DNA from: Bythopirellula sp.
Lineage (GTDB): Bacteria; Planctomycetota; Planctomycetia; Pirellulales; Lacipirellulaceae
Length of the DNA: 64,000 nucleotides
Assembly (NCBI GenBank): GCA_965216565.1
Contig: OZ244170.1
Span: 1,088,001-1,152,000 of the forward strand
Reading direction: 5' to 3'
Shown here: positions 28,322 to 38,871 of the stretch, piece by piece
Layout of the letters: every line of letters begins with the position of its first letter
Numbering within the stretch: the first letter of the stretch is position 1
Position numbers and translations under genes: made by a program
The notes under the pieces: generated by a model
What the model saw: the letters and a program-made list of their open reading frames with translations, nothing else
Databases searched by the model: none
What the model was told of the DNA's origin: nothing

Positions 28322-28546
28322 TACGTTTGCTCCTGCTATGGGAAGCGAAGTGAACAGAACAAAAAGTGAGGCCTTAATGTATCAGTTCAAATCGATCGGT
28401 ACAAATTACTGAACCGTTGGTACCGGAATAACTTATAGGATCTTGGAACAGTAATACAACTTGTACTGATGGTTCAGTCTCTCAGTTTCCGAAAAAACAA
28501 TGGAGAATCACCCCCAGGCGGATTAGATCTACACTTCAATTGCCTT

Positions 28547-29779
28547 ATGAAACGACTCAATCAAATACTTATTTGCCTAGTCGTTTCGGTCAGTATTGTT
28601 TCCACTGGTTATGCAAAAGGGCCACTCACAGGTGACTGGCATGGTAATCGAGATTGGTTGGCCTCGCAGGGAATTACATTTGACCTGGATGTTGCAAGCT
28701 TCTATCAGGGAATCGCAACTGGGGGCCTCGAACAGCACTTTCAATATGGAGGGCACGGCGACTACGTCACAAACGTAGACTTTGGCAAGCTTGGGCTCCA
28801 ACGGGGATTGTTTCTGAAAGTGCGAGCGGAGCACCGGTTTGGCAGGAACATCAATACCGATACGGGCGCATTTCTACCAGCAGCAGTCTTGGCGGATCTT
28901 CCTGTTGTCGACAGTGAGGAACTTTTTCTGACCAATGTGCTGCTTACGCAGGCATTTTCTGAGCGCTTCGCTGTGTTCTTTGGAAAGCTCGACACTCTAG
29001 ATGGCGACGTAAACGCGTTCGCGCACGGTCGCGGGAAAACTCAGTTCTCCAACATCGGTTTTGTTTCAAATCCGATTGCTCTGCGGTCAATTCCTTACTC
29101 CACACTGGGCTGTGGATTCTCAGTTCTCGATGAGGGTGGAGAGCCGGTCTTTACTTACATGCTTCTGAATGCGATTGACACTGTGGAGACCGACGGATTT
29201 AGTGAATTGTTCGCAGAAGGTGTCGCCATGGCGGCAGAATTAAGATTAGCAACTGAGTTCGGGGGCCTTCCGGGTCACCAACTGTTCGCTGGAACTTGGA
29301 ATAGTCGCGACTATGTCGAATTAGGCCAGGACCCCAGACTTGTGTTGCCGAATGTCCCTATCAATGAAGTAGTTGGATCTTGGTCGCTTTATTGGAATTT
29401 CGATCAATATCTGCATGTCGATCCAGCGGAGTCGTCACGCGGGTGGGGAATGTTCGGCAGAGCCGGAATCGGAGACGACGATACGAATCCTCTTGCATGG
29501 TTCCTGAGCTTTGGAGTCGGGGGTCATAATCCGTTGTCTGGCCGAGGCGCCGACACATTTGGAGTTGGCTGGTTTGTTGCTGCCACCAGCGACCAAATAG
29601 GCCCAATTCTTGAGATTCCCTTTGGAGCGATCAGCGATGGGCATGGTGTCGAACTATTCTACAATTGGCAAGCCACACCCTGGTTGAATATGACCCCCGA
29701 TTTGCAGGTAATCGTGCCAGCACGCGAAAACGTAGACACTGCGCTTGCTTTGGGTGTTCGAGCTGTAATGAAGCTGTAG
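28547..29779 (+). CDS. Carbohydrate-selective porin (OprB family)
   Basis: Signal peptide, LTGDWHGNR, ELFYNWQATPWLNMTPDLQ, beta-strand pattern. Confidence 0.8.
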   Translation: MKRLNQILICLVVSVSIVSTGYAKGPLTGDWHGNRDWLASQGITFDLDVASFYQGIATGGLEQHFQYGGHGDYVTNVDFGKLGLQRGLFLKVRAEHRFGRNINTDTGAFLPAAVLADLPVVDSEELFLTNVLLTQAFSERFAVFFGKLDTLDGDVNAFAHGRGKTQFSNIGFVSNPIALRSIPYSTLGCGFSVLDEGGEPVFTYMLLNAIDTVETDGFSELFAEGVAMAAELRLATEFGGLPGHQLFAGTWNSRDYVELGQDPRLVLPNVPINEVVGSWSLYWNFDQYLHVDPAESSRGWGMFGRAGIGDDDTNPLAWFLSFGVGGHNPLSGRGADTFGVGWFVAATSDQIGPILEIPFGAISDGHGVELFYNWQATPWLNMTPDLQVIVPARENVDTALALGVRAVMKL

Positions 29780-30094
29780 CTTCTTCCACGTCGATATGGT
29801 CTACCGCTTCGTTCGTTCGGGCGGCAGAGTTTGTCCAAGCAGCAGTCTTTTGGGACCATATTCCGACGCTCACCGCAAAGAATTGCTCAAAGTCTGCTGT
29901 TGCGGGTGATAACTCAATTGGCCATCTAATAAGGCTTTCTTAGTTCACATTCACGCATTTATTGGTAGGCTTGAGTGAACGCCCCATCCACCATTCGTAG
30001 TCATCGTCGGCAAGGATTCGATGCTGAATCGACCCCGTTAGAGAATACTTGGCTCAGTGAGCAAGTTGGCTAAACAAAAAAGGGACTAGAGACC

Positions 30095-31012
30095 ATGAAA
30101 GTCTTCATTAGATTTGCTGTTCTGCTGACTGTGGTGCTTCATCATCAAATTTTGCAAGCCCAGGTAGACAAGACTGACGCAGACGACATAGCAGCAATTC
30201 GTGCCGCAGGTGAAGCGTATGCAGAAGCTTTTCAGGCCAAAGACGCTCAAGCTGTCGCCGCATTGTGGTCTCCAGACGCAGTCTACTTAAATCGCTTAAC
30301 GGGTGAGCAAGTAGTAGGGCGATCTTCAATTGCTGAGGAATTTGAAAAACTTTTTGACTCTGCAGAAAAGCTAAGACTTAGCTTGGAAGTGATTTCAATT
30401 GACTTTGTATCGCCCAACGTGGCACTGGAAGAGGGCATAGCCACCTACTCATCTGCAGACGCAGTCTCAACTGAAGAGTCGACTACCGAAGTGATCAGTT
30501 ATTCGGCAGTCTATGTTCGTCATGACGGGAAGTGGCTTCTAGATCGCGTTACCGACAAACCAATACCACCCACAAGATCTAACTACGAACACCTGAAACC
30601 ATTGGAATGGATGATCGGTAGTTGGGTTGATGACGACGAAACCGCCCAGGTGGTAACAGATTGTAAATGGACGAAGAATCGAAATTTTATATCTCGATCT
30701 TTCGCAGTTTCCTACGGCGATCAAATCAGCTTATCTGGTATGCAGTTCATGGGATGGGATCCCGCTGTCAAACAGATTCGCTCCTGGACTTTCGACTCGG
30801 ATGGCGGTTTCTCCGAGGGCACGTGGACTCGTGACCAAAACAAATGGATTGTGAACAAACAAGGAATTGTGCACACCGGGGAGCGGGCGCTGGCGACGAA
30901 TGTCATCAAAGAAATTGATGAGAACTCATTCAGTTTCCAGTCGATCCACCGGACTGTGGATGGTCAGTTGCTGCCCAATATTACAGAATTCCGAGTGATC
31001 CGCATTCGCTAG
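30095..31012 (+). CDS. Secreted SgcJ/EcaC (NTF2-like, DUF4440) domain protein
   Basis: Signal peptide, YAEAFQAKDAQAVAALWSPDA, GKWL, second domain LEWMIGSW..IRSWTFDSDGG. Confidence 0.75.
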   Translation: MKVFIRFAVLLTVVLHHQILQAQVDKTDADDIAAIRAAGEAYAEAFQAKDAQAVAALWSPDAVYLNRLTGEQVVGRSSIAEEFEKLFDSAEKLRLSLEVISIDFVSPNVALEEGIATYSSADAVSTEESTTEVISYSAVYVRHDGKWLLDRVTDKPIPPTRSNYEHLKPLEWMIGSWVDDDETAQVVTDCKWTKNRNFISRSFAVSYGDQISLSGMQFMGWDPAVKQIRSWTFDSDGGFSEGTWTRDQNKWIVNKQGIVHTGERALATNVIKEIDENSFSFQSIHRTVDGQLLPNITEFRVIRIR

Positions 31013-31063
31013 ACCAATCGCGCGAGCAACGCTCACCAATAATACAAGTGAGGGACGATAAAT

Positions 31064-32473
31064 ATGAGACGAACTATTGTTGGTATCGCCGCGATTGCAA
31101 TGCTCACCTGGCTGGTAAGTGAAGACCTAGTGGCGCGAGGTCCACGGGGTGGAGGCGGCGGCCGCGGTGGTGGCATGCGTGGTGGAAGTATGCGGGGTGG
31201 AGGTGGACGCAGTCCTTCGATGGGTGGTGGTAGATCTTCGCGAAACTACCCCAGCCGACAGATTAATCGCGGGCAACCAGGCGGTAGCTCGCGACCAAGC
31301 AATCTGGCGCGACCTGGTGCAAATTCCCGACCCGCTGGCGGTCAGCTGGGCGGAGGAGTCAGGCCCAGTGCTGGAAGCAGGTCGGGCGGTGGACAACTCG
31401 CCGGAAAGGCACGACAGGGAGCCGGCACTAGGCCCACTCAAGGGCAGCTCAATCAGTTTCTCGATATCAAGAGCCCAGGCAATCGACCATCTCCTCGGCT
31501 CGATGGAAGTCAGTTTGGACCAGCCGTTGCGGGTGGATTGGCCGGAGGGGCTGCTGCCGATTTTCTCCACGACAATGGCGCTTCGGGACAACGACTTGCC
31601 GAAAGGCCAGGAACAGGGCAAAGACCAGATTTTGCCAATAGGCCTAGCGTCGGAGGAAGGCCCGATCTGGGTGAAGGACCGCTTGCTGGTTCGCGTCCAG
31701 GAACAGGTACTCGCCCGAGTTCAAACTTGCGTCCAGGAGATCGAGAACGCCCCGGAGTGAGCACCCGCTTGGCGAACCATCAACCCGGACGGATCGACAA
31801 CCGCCAACAGTGGAACAACAACCGCCTGCAAAGAAGGACGCAGGTTCGAAGCCAAATTGCGCGGCATCCACCGCGACGCGATTTCTGGCTGAGTCATCCG
31901 AATTGGGGGCGTTGGAGATGGAATCGACCCTATCGATGGGCCACTTGGGCTGCAGTCGCCGCGTGGTTCCCCGCTTGGGGCTGGTCGGAACCCGCCATCT
32001 ATAGCTACGGCGACAACGTCTACTACGAAGGCGATAATGTTTACTACGGAGATCAAGCCGTCGCTACAACCGAAGAGTACGCTCAACAAGCTCAAGGCAT
32101 CGTCGAGTCAACCACAGAGGTTCCCGACGATTCAGAATGGTTGTCTCTCAGCGTGTTCGCTTTGACCCAGGACGGCGAATCCTCCGGACCGACGCCCACA
32201 CTCTTCTTGCAACTGATGGTCAGTAAAGATGGTGTCCTCTCTGGGACCTTTTACAACAACGACACCGACGAGTCTCAGGAAATTGAGGGTGCGGTGGACC
32301 AAAAATCGCAGCGAGCTGCCTGGGTGGTGAAAGACCAGCAGTGGCCGATCATGGAGACAGGACTGGACAACCTCACCAAAGACGAAGCCCCTGCACTACT
32401 ACACTTTGGCGACGGCCAGACGCAACAATGGTTGATAGTGAGAATGGAAGACCCGGATAAAAGCGATCAATAA
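31064..32473 (+). CDS. Secreted Gly/Arg-rich low-complexity protein with globular C-terminal domain
   Basis: Signal peptide, RGG/RP repeats, Trp-rich segment, YGDNVYY repeats. Confidence 0.75.
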   Translation: MRRTIVGIAAIAMLTWLVSEDLVARGPRGGGGGRGGGMRGGSMRGGGGRSPSMGGGRSSRNYPSRQINRGQPGGSSRPSNLARPGANSRPAGGQLGGGVRPSAGSRSGGGQLAGKARQGAGTRPTQGQLNQFLDIKSPGNRPSPRLDGSQFGPAVAGGLAGGAAADFLHDNGASGQRLAERPGTGQRPDFANRPSVGGRPDLGEGPLAGSRPGTGTRPSSNLRPGDRERPGVSTRLANHQPGRIDNRQQWNNNRLQRRTQVRSQIARHPPRRDFWLSHPNWGRWRWNRPYRWATWAAVAAWFPAWGWSEPAIYSYGDNVYYEGDNVYYGDQAVATTEEYAQQAQGIVESTTEVPDDSEWLSLSVFALTQDGESSGPTPTLFLQLMVSKDGVLSGTFYNNDTDESQEIEGAVDQKSQRAAWVVKDQQWPIMETGLDNLTKDEAPALLHFGDGQTQQWLIVRMEDPDKSDQ

Positions 32474-32510
32474 TTCTTAGTCTTATGAAATGAAGTGCTT
32501 GCCACAGTAC

Positions 32511-32597
32511 GTAGGGTGTGCCAATGCAACGCGGCGGCACACCGTGAACGTTGATTTCGAGCTCACACTAACGGTGGGCCTGACGGCGCCACCCTAC
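32511..32597. repeat. GTAG-family REP doublet
   Basis: GTAGGGTGTGCC..GGCACACC ... GGTGG..CCACCCTAC; a further CACCCTAC-ending half at about 32685-32715. Confidence 0.75.
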
Positions 32598-32874
32598 GAG
32601 CAAGCTGCCGCAGAACAAACTATCCCCGGCATTTTCGGCATGCCCCTATGCGGTACTGCTTAATCGCACCGCATTGCGGAAGATGGTGCGTTTTGCTTTG
32701 CTGCACGCACCCTACACCACTTTTCTCTGCGCCTCCGCGACTCTGCGAGAAACCCAAGCCAACACGACTTTGCCGATCATGCCGCTGAAACCGGCAAGCT
32801 TCCGCCTCCTCGTCCTTCAATCGCCCAGCGACCAATGTCCGTCTCTGACCTCCGCCCCTGAATCCTGATACAAT

Positions 32875-34062
32875 ATGGGAATGGAAAACGATTGGTCCCC
32901 GCAGTTTGTGTTTGTCGTCTGTCAGCCCGGCGCGGAGCGTGCGCTGAAAAATCAGCTGGCCGAGCAGATGCCGAATTTGCGGCCTGCCTTTTCGCGGCCT
33001 GGGTTTGTCACCTTCAAACTAGACCAGCCCTGCACCGAGCCGAGTAAGTTTCAGTTGAACTCGCCGTTTGCTCGCACATTTGGGTTTTGCTTGGGGAAAG
33101 TGACGGGCGATGATTCCAGCAGGATGGCGCGCGACGTTTGGTCGTTGCCGGAAGTCGAAGAGTATTTGGGCGCCCATGCCAACGATGATCTGCATGTCTT
33201 TTCTAGGGAGAAATCACCGCCAGGAGACAGTAGCTCCGAACCGGGACCAACCTTGGAAACGCTTGCCATCGAAGGTGCGTTGCGTCGCGAAAGCCCGCTT
33301 GAAAAGCTGGAACCGGAAGTGAAGGATCCTCGCGATCCCAGCCGACGCAATCGATGGGTGATGGACGTGATTATCGTCGAGTCGGGCGAGTGGTGGGTCG
33401 GTTGCCATCGCACCAACCGACGCAGCGACTGCTGGCCCGGTGGGGTCACGCAAATTGAACTTCCAGAGCACGCGGTCAGTCGTGCTTATTTGAAAATGCA
33501 GGAAGCGCTCGAGTGGTCGGCGCTTCCCATGTCTACCGGCGATGTCTGCTTGGAACTCGGTTGTGCGCCCGGCGGCGCTTCGCAAACGTTGCTCGATGCG
33601 GGTTTGACGGTGATTGGTGTCGACCCGGCGGAAGTGAATCCGTTGCTGCTGGAACATCCGGACTTCACGCATGTGCAGCGGCGGGCAGTGGAAGTGCCGC
33701 GTAAAATGTTGCAAGGCGTCGCATGGCTGGCGGCGGACATCAACGCAGCACCGGCTTACACCTTGGATGCCGTGGAGGCGATGGTGACCCATAGCGAGGC
33801 GTCGATTCGCGGGATGATCGTCACGCTGAAACTGTCTGATTGGAATTTGGCGGCAGAGATCCCCAAATATCTCGAACGGATTCGTAGTTGGGGCTACCGA
33901 GATATTCGGGTACGTCAATTGGCTTTTAATGGCCAGGAGATTTGTGTGGTAGCACTCCGCAGCCGGGGCCAGCGACGCATGCTCCGCAAGCAACGCCGCA
34001 GACGCCGTTTCGATCGTGCCGAGTCGGGTGGTCCCAAGCGGCCGCATTCCTCGCATTCGTAG
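32875..34062 (+). CDS. RlmM/FtsJ-like 23S rRNA 2'-O-methyltransferase
   Basis: VSRAYLKMQEAL, LELGCAPGG, IGVD, K-D-K-E-type residues. Confidence 0.75.
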   Translation: MGMENDWSPQFVFVVCQPGAERALKNQLAEQMPNLRPAFSRPGFVTFKLDQPCTEPSKFQLNSPFARTFGFCLGKVTGDDSSRMARDVWSLPEVEEYLGAHANDDLHVFSREKSPPGDSSSEPGPTLETLAIEGALRRESPLEKLEPEVKDPRDPSRRNRWVMDVIIVESGEWWVGCHRTNRRSDCWPGGVTQIELPEHAVSRAYLKMQEALEWSALPMSTGDVCLELGCAPGGASQTLLDAGLTVIGVDPAEVNPLLLEHPDFTHVQRRAVEVPRKMLQGVAWLAADINAAPAYTLDAVEAMVTHSEASIRGMIVTLKLSDWNLAAEIPKYLERIRSWGYRDIRVRQLAFNGQEICVVALRSRGQRRMLRKQRRRRRFDRAESGGPKRPHSSHS

Positions 34063-34257
34063 TAAAAACCGGTTTCCGCAAGATCTGATTTATACAAGAT
34101 GTTGTGTGAATGTGTTTTTGTCATACAGCCGGTAGTTTTAGCTGTCGCCGATAGCAGGTCGATCGAGCTTGACGCCAGGGGGCCAGAAAAGTACTTATCT
34201 GCTCCCGTTCTCGCCCGGAACAGAACGGTCCGCGAACCGCATTGAGCAAGGCCTCCC

Positions 34258-35481
34258 GTGACTCGCTTCTTTTCTATTCTGTTTTTGCTGTTTGCCTGGT
34301 TGGGTGCGGAACTGGTGTGCGCCCAACGCGTGCAGTTTCCGTCCGCAGCGCCGAATATCACTCCGCCCACCTACAACCCCACGCCGCAACCGGTTCTGCC
34401 GAGTTTCGATCCGTATGGCAATCCGCTGTTGGGGACGCCACCACCGGATGTGCCGTACAACGTTTCCCCCCAGTTTGCTCCGCAAATCTTACCTCCGGTA
34501 GCCGGCCCCAGCACCGCGCCGGGCAGCTTTGTCGCCCCGCCACCGGTCGCCCAACCCGGTATTCCCCAGCAAGGTGGCTCGATTTACCCCAATGGCTTGC
34601 CGTTTCAATGGGAATCGGGAGCGTATCAACATCAAAACTCCGACGGAACCGTAGCCCGCCTGCAACGACTCCTGCAACAAATCAGCGCCGAGCATACCTG
34701 GATCTACGGAAACGATACCGTGGATGCCTTGGAGATCAATCGAACCGAAATCGCCGCGACCTTTGGCGTTCCCATTTTCTACAACCCCGATACACCGCTG
34801 CTGATTACGCCAGGATTTGCTTTCAACTGGCTAGATGGTCCGATCTTTGTGGATCCCAACGATCCGAATACCCCGGGTGCCGGGGCGGATTTGCCGCCGC
34901 GGGTCTATGACGCTTATCTCGATTTCGCCTGGCATCCGCAACTTACCGACTGGTTGTCGGCCGATTTGGGCGTACGAACAGGTGTGTGGACTGACTTTGA
35001 AGAAGTGAACTCCGATTCCATTCGAATTCTGGGCCGTGGACTGGGTGTGGTTTCTCTGACGCCTCAGTTCGATTTTCTAGTAGGAGTTTGGTATCTAGAT
35101 CGCAATCGGGTAACGTTGCTGCCTGCCGGCGGCGTTCACTGGCGGCCAAGTCCAGAGCTGGATGCCTATCTCGTATTTCCAAATCCCAAGATCCGCAAAC
35201 GCTGGATCAACTTTGGGCCCAGCCAGTGGTGGCTCTATGCATCAGGCGAATACGGCGGTGGGCGCTGGACCATCGAACGCATGGACGGACGAGGTGACGA
35301 TTTCGATTACAACGACGTGCGGGTTATCCTAGGTGCCGAGTGGGAAACGCAAACTCAAATGCACGGCTTCATCGAAGTTGGCTACGTCTTTGCTCGGGAG
35401 CTTATTTACGATGGCACGAAGGACCCCTTCGATTTCAATCTCGACTCGAGCATCATGGTCCGGACAGGCTTCGATCTGTGA
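34258..35481 (+). CDS. Putative outer-membrane beta-barrel protein (paralog 1)
   Basis: Signal peptide, Pro-rich linker, amphipathic strands, ends RTGFDL. Confidence 0.65.
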   Translation: MTRFFSILFLLFAWLGAELVCAQRVQFPSAAPNITPPTYNPTPQPVLPSFDPYGNPLLGTPPPDVPYNVSPQFAPQILPPVAGPSTAPGSFVAPPPVAQPGIPQQGGSIYPNGLPFQWESGAYQHQNSDGTVARLQRLLQQISAEHTWIYGNDTVDALEINRTEIAATFGVPIFYNPDTPLLITPGFAFNWLDGPIFVDPNDPNTPGAGADLPPRVYDAYLDFAWHPQLTDWLSADLGVRTGVWTDFEEVNSDSIRILGRGLGVVSLTPQFDFLVGVWYLDRNRVTLLPAGGVHWRPSPELDAYLVFPNPKIRKRWINFGPSQWWLYASGEYGGGRWTIERMDGRGDDFDYNDVRVILGAEWETQTQMHGFIEVGYVFARELIYDGTKDPFDFNLDSSIMVRTGFDL

Positions 35482-36605
35482 TGAATGATTGCGGCTCAGC
35501 CCAGCGAATAATCTGTGCCAGTAGGGTTGCGTGGGTTCGAAGCCTGGTCGTTACTCTAGTTGTCTGCTGCCCGTTTAAGACAGCTTGTTCTCAGCCGCCT
35601 CCGCTCGTGTCGAGCGAATCGAACTGGGGAGGGACGCTGGTGCCCTCTGCAGTACCGCACCAGCCCAGCTCGCTCTTGGTTCAGCCCTCTGCGGTTGGCC
35701 AACCGTTGATCCTCGACGACTGCGCGGTGTGCGACCCCGCACTTCAACCCACGCAATTGTCAACGGAATTGGTCCCCGCCGTGCCTGCCCAGCCGCAATT
35801 GCCGCCCGGCACACGAGCGGGCGTATTCCAAAAACTCTTCATCTCAGGAACCTGGCTTCCGCAATTAAGCGACGACAGCCTGGGTGTCAGCAACTTGCGA
35901 GGCGGGGTGGTGCTGGGCTTCCCCTTCTTGCGGCGTGATACTCCGCTGTTGGTGACACCAAGATTCGGTGTGAATTACCTCGACGGGACCGTTACCCCCG
36001 ACTTGCCGCCGCGGCTTTACGATGCGGAAGTGGAATTCCGTCACCTCCGAAAATTCGGCCAAGGCCCCTGGGCAATGGATGCAGCCGTGACGGTCGGGTA
36101 CTACAGCGACTTCGAGCGTAGCAGTTCCGACGCCGTACGGGTCAGCGGTCGTGGCATTGGCGTTTACGAACCGAATCCGGGAACAAAGTGGCTTTTAGGT
36201 GTTGCTTATGTGAATCGCTCAGGCTTGCGAGTATTTCCCGTGGTGGGAGTGATTCACGAAGATCCCGACAGCGCCATGCGCTGGGACCTGATCTTCCCTC
36301 GCCCCAGAGTTTCGTGGCGACTGCCCGGTGGCATTCCTGGTAGCGGCGACGAGCGTTGGTTCTACGTGGGCGGGGAGTTTGGTGGGGGAATTTGGACCAT
36401 CGAACGTCCTGTTGCGCTTATCGAAGATGAACTTACCTATAGCGACGTGCGTGTGCTTGTGGGATACGAACGAAAGATAATTGGCGGACTGAGTCGACGA
36501 TTGGAAGCCGGCTATGTATTTGCTCGCGACCTGGAATTCGCCAGTGCGACTCCGGACGTATCGCTTGATGACACCTTATTCGTCCGCATGGGGCTAAGCT
36601 ACTAA
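35481..36605 (+). CDS. Putative outer-membrane beta-barrel protein (paralog 2)
   Basis: TGATG coupling to the previous gene; shares TPLL.TP, DLPPR.YDA and GE.GGG.WTIER; ends RMGLSY. Confidence 0.65.
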   Translation: MNDCGSAQRIICASRVAWVRSLVVTLVVCCPFKTACSQPPPLVSSESNWGGTLVPSAVPHQPSSLLVQPSAVGQPLILDDCAVCDPALQPTQLSTELVPAVPAQPQLPPGTRAGVFQKLFISGTWLPQLSDDSLGVSNLRGGVVLGFPFLRRDTPLLVTPRFGVNYLDGTVTPDLPPRLYDAEVEFRHLRKFGQGPWAMDAAVTVGYYSDFERSSSDAVRVSGRGIGVYEPNPGTKWLLGVAYVNRSGLRVFPVVGVIHEDPDSAMRWDLIFPRPRVSWRLPGGIPGSGDERWFYVGGEFGGGIWTIERPVALIEDELTYSDVRVLVGYERKIIGGLSRRLEAGYVFARDLEFASATPDVSLDDTLFVRMGLSY

Positions 36606-36671
36606 GAGTCATTTACATCAAACGTGTGCCAAATTGATTTTGAGACTGTTTCCAACTACCTCGAAGGGTGA

Positions 36672-36762
36672 GCTTGAAATGGGGACTGGCTCCTGATGGC
36701 GACAGGATGTGTCGTGATCATCAATGCGTAGCCGCCATCATGTGCCCGTTCCTATTTCAAGC
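36672..36762. repeat. GGGACTGGCTC-family palindromic repeat, divergent copy
   Basis: gcttgaaat..ggggactggctc / gtgcccgttcctatttcaagc ends. Confidence 0.65.
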
Positions 36763-36781
36763 GGGGGTACCATTGGGCCGC

Positions 36782-36863
36782 CGAAAAAAGGGACAGGCAC
36801 GACGACGCTGAGTGAGCTACGGGCTTGAACCGTTCTAGTGCATCGAGCCAGTCCCTTTTTTCG
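36782..36863. repeat. AAAGGGACTGGCTC..GTGCCTGTCCCTTT repeat (reverse orientation)
   Basis: Reverse complement aligns end to end with 39761-39848. Confidence 0.85.
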
Positions 36864-36964
36864 ACTCCTTACACTACTTCTTGCAGCTGGCTGCGCCTTG
36901 GCGAGAAATTTCGCCGAACTTGTCGACTAGGCAGCGCCTGCCTTACAAAGCTAGAATCGTCCGC

Positions 36965-38080
36965 ATGGCGGAGAATTCTTCTACAAGCTTCCCGAAACCC
37001 GAGCGTCTGATCAGTCTCGATGCGCTGCGGGGATTCGACATGTTTTGGATCATCGGCGGCGAATCGATTGCCCATGCCGCGGCTAAGCTGACTGGTTGGG
37101 CGGGACTCGTGTGGTTGAGTGACCAATTGGTTCATCCCGAGTGGCACGGCTTTACGTTTTACGATCTGATCTTTCCGCTCTTCTTATTTCTCGCTGGCGT
37201 TTCGATGCCGTACTCGTTTGAGAAACGCCTAGCGCGTGGCGACTCGCAAGGTGAAATGTATCGACATATTGTCACACGGGGAGTTGTCCTTGTGCTTCTA
37301 GGCTGGGTCTACAGCGGCATCCTGAAGTTTGACTTCGAGAATATGCGCTATCCCAGCGTGCTGGGGCGGATTGGTTTGGCATGGATGTTCGCGGCGCTCA
37401 TATTCATGAATACCGAGCTGCGTGGGCGTATCGTCTGGATCGTCGGCTTGCTGATCGGATATTGGGCGGCGCTGAAGTTTATCCCGGTGCCTGGATTTGG
37501 TGCCGGTGATCTGGAACCCGGGCATACGCTTACCGACTATGTTGACCGGACTTTGATTCCAGGACGACTCTACAAGGGCGACCGCGATCCCGAGGGAATC
37601 TTAGGGATCGTGCCAGCTGTCGCAACGGCACTGGCCGGAGCGCTGACAGGGCTGTGGCTGAAGAGCGAAAAGAGTGGCTACTACAAAACCGTAGCAATGG
37701 CCTTGGCGGGCGTGTTGTGTCTGGGGCTGGCGTGGTTGTGGAATTTCGATTTCCCGATCAACAAAAACCTCTGGTCCAGCTCGTTCGTCCTACACTGCGC
37801 TGGTTGGAGCTTGTTGCTGCTAGCCGCGTTTTATCTGGTGATTGACGTTTGGAAATGGCAGCGGTGGTCGTTTTTCTTTGTCGTGATCGGTGCCAATTCA
37901 ATCCTGATCTACATGGCCCAGCGGTTAATCGACTTTCGATATACCACGAAGTTTCTGTTTAGCGGATTGCTGGAACTCAGCGGCGACTATAGCACGTTGC
38001 TTTTTGCCGTGGCACTTGTGGCGGTGAAGTGGTTATTTCTGTATGTGATGTACCGGAAGAAGATTTTCTTGCGGGTTTGA
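36965..38080 (+). CDS. HGSNAT/DUF5009-like membrane acyltransferase
   Basis: RLISLDALRGFDM, DLIFPLFLF, DPEG, PINKNLWSSSF; many TM helices. Confidence 0.85.
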   Translation: MAENSSTSFPKPERLISLDALRGFDMFWIIGGESIAHAAAKLTGWAGLVWLSDQLVHPEWHGFTFYDLIFPLFLFLAGVSMPYSFEKRLARGDSQGEMYRHIVTRGVVLVLLGWVYSGILKFDFENMRYPSVLGRIGLAWMFAALIFMNTELRGRIVWIVGLLIGYWAALKFIPVPGFGAGDLEPGHTLTDYVDRTLIPGRLYKGDRDPEGILGIVPAVATALAGALTGLWLKSEKSGYYKTVAMALAGVLCLGLAWLWNFDFPINKNLWSSSFVLHCAGWSLLLLAAFYLVIDVWKWQRWSFFFVVIGANSILIYMAQRLIDFRYTTKFLFSGLLELSGDYSTLLFAVALVAVKWLFLYVMYRKKIFLRV

Positions 38081-38106
38081 CCATTTTGCGTCACGCTATT
38101 GCTTTC

Positions 38107-38730
38107 TCATTGCTTCATCTTGTCAGTCAGCTTCAGGCTCTTCCACAGTTGATCGATCAGGTGCTTTTCTTTTTCGTAGTTGTCCTTTTCGACGAAAGTG
38201 ACAACTAGCAAACCCTTGTCCTTCTTGCCGTACGCCAGCACGCTGCGGGTCCATTCTTCGCCGGTATAAGTGGTGATGGCTTTCTTACCCTTGAATTCCA
38301 CGTCGCCCACCTTCTTAGAGATTAGTACTTCTTTGAGCTTATAGCCATACTCGACTTCTTCTTTGGTGAGTTCCTTCACCATCATGTCGATTAGGCTGGA
38401 GGGATCCATTTGGTGGTATTCCTGGACCAGGATGCCCGTACCCATTGGAGTCATGATGGCGGTTTGCAGGAGGCCTTCGCCCAAGTCGGTGCGGTTGGGG
38501 CGAAATTGGTTTTTGTGTTCAAAGGTGAACAAGTCTGCTTGGAACTCAAGATATTCCTTTTGCTTCAAGTTCAGCTTCAGTTCCGTTCCGTCAGCCAGCT
38601 TTACTGTAGATTCCTTGTCGAGGCTCAGCTCATGATCTTTGCCATTGATTGAAAGCACGTAGTCACCGGCAATAGCCGAAGTCGAACAGAGAAGTAGCAA
38701 AGCAACGAACGCCAGTCGAACGGAAGGCAT
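38107..38730 (-). CDS. Secreted hypothetical protein
   Basis: Signal peptide MPSVRLAFVALLLLCSTSAIA; SD ggag upstream. Confidence 0.7.
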   Translation of the reverse strand: MPSVRLAFVALLLLCSTSAIAGDYVLSINGKDHELSLDKESTVKLADGTELKLNLKQKEYLEFQADLFTFEHKNQFRPNRTDLGEGLLQTAIMTPMGTGILVQEYHQMDPSSLIDMMVKELTKEEVEYGYKLKEVLISKKVGDVEFKGKKAITTYTGEEWTRSVLAYGKKDKGLLVVTFVEKDNYEKEKHLIDQLWKSLKLTDKMKQ

Positions 38731-38871
38731 GTTTAACTCCTGATATTTGGCTGAGATCGGGGAGGGAGAGGACTGCCTAATTCTATCCCATGCTTTCGAT
38801 AGTGGGGAGAGAAATTGACGGCGAGTGCAAAGCGATTCGAGTTTTTTGACGCGAATAATTGCCCTGGGCAA

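Noticed and set aside
28449..28468. Palindrome TACAACTTGTA between sulfatase and porin
   Set aside because: Short, single, in an AT-rich spacer and with no regulator nearby; insufficient support.
33214..34056. 280-aa minus-strand ORF
   Set aside because: Antisense shadow of the methyltransferase.
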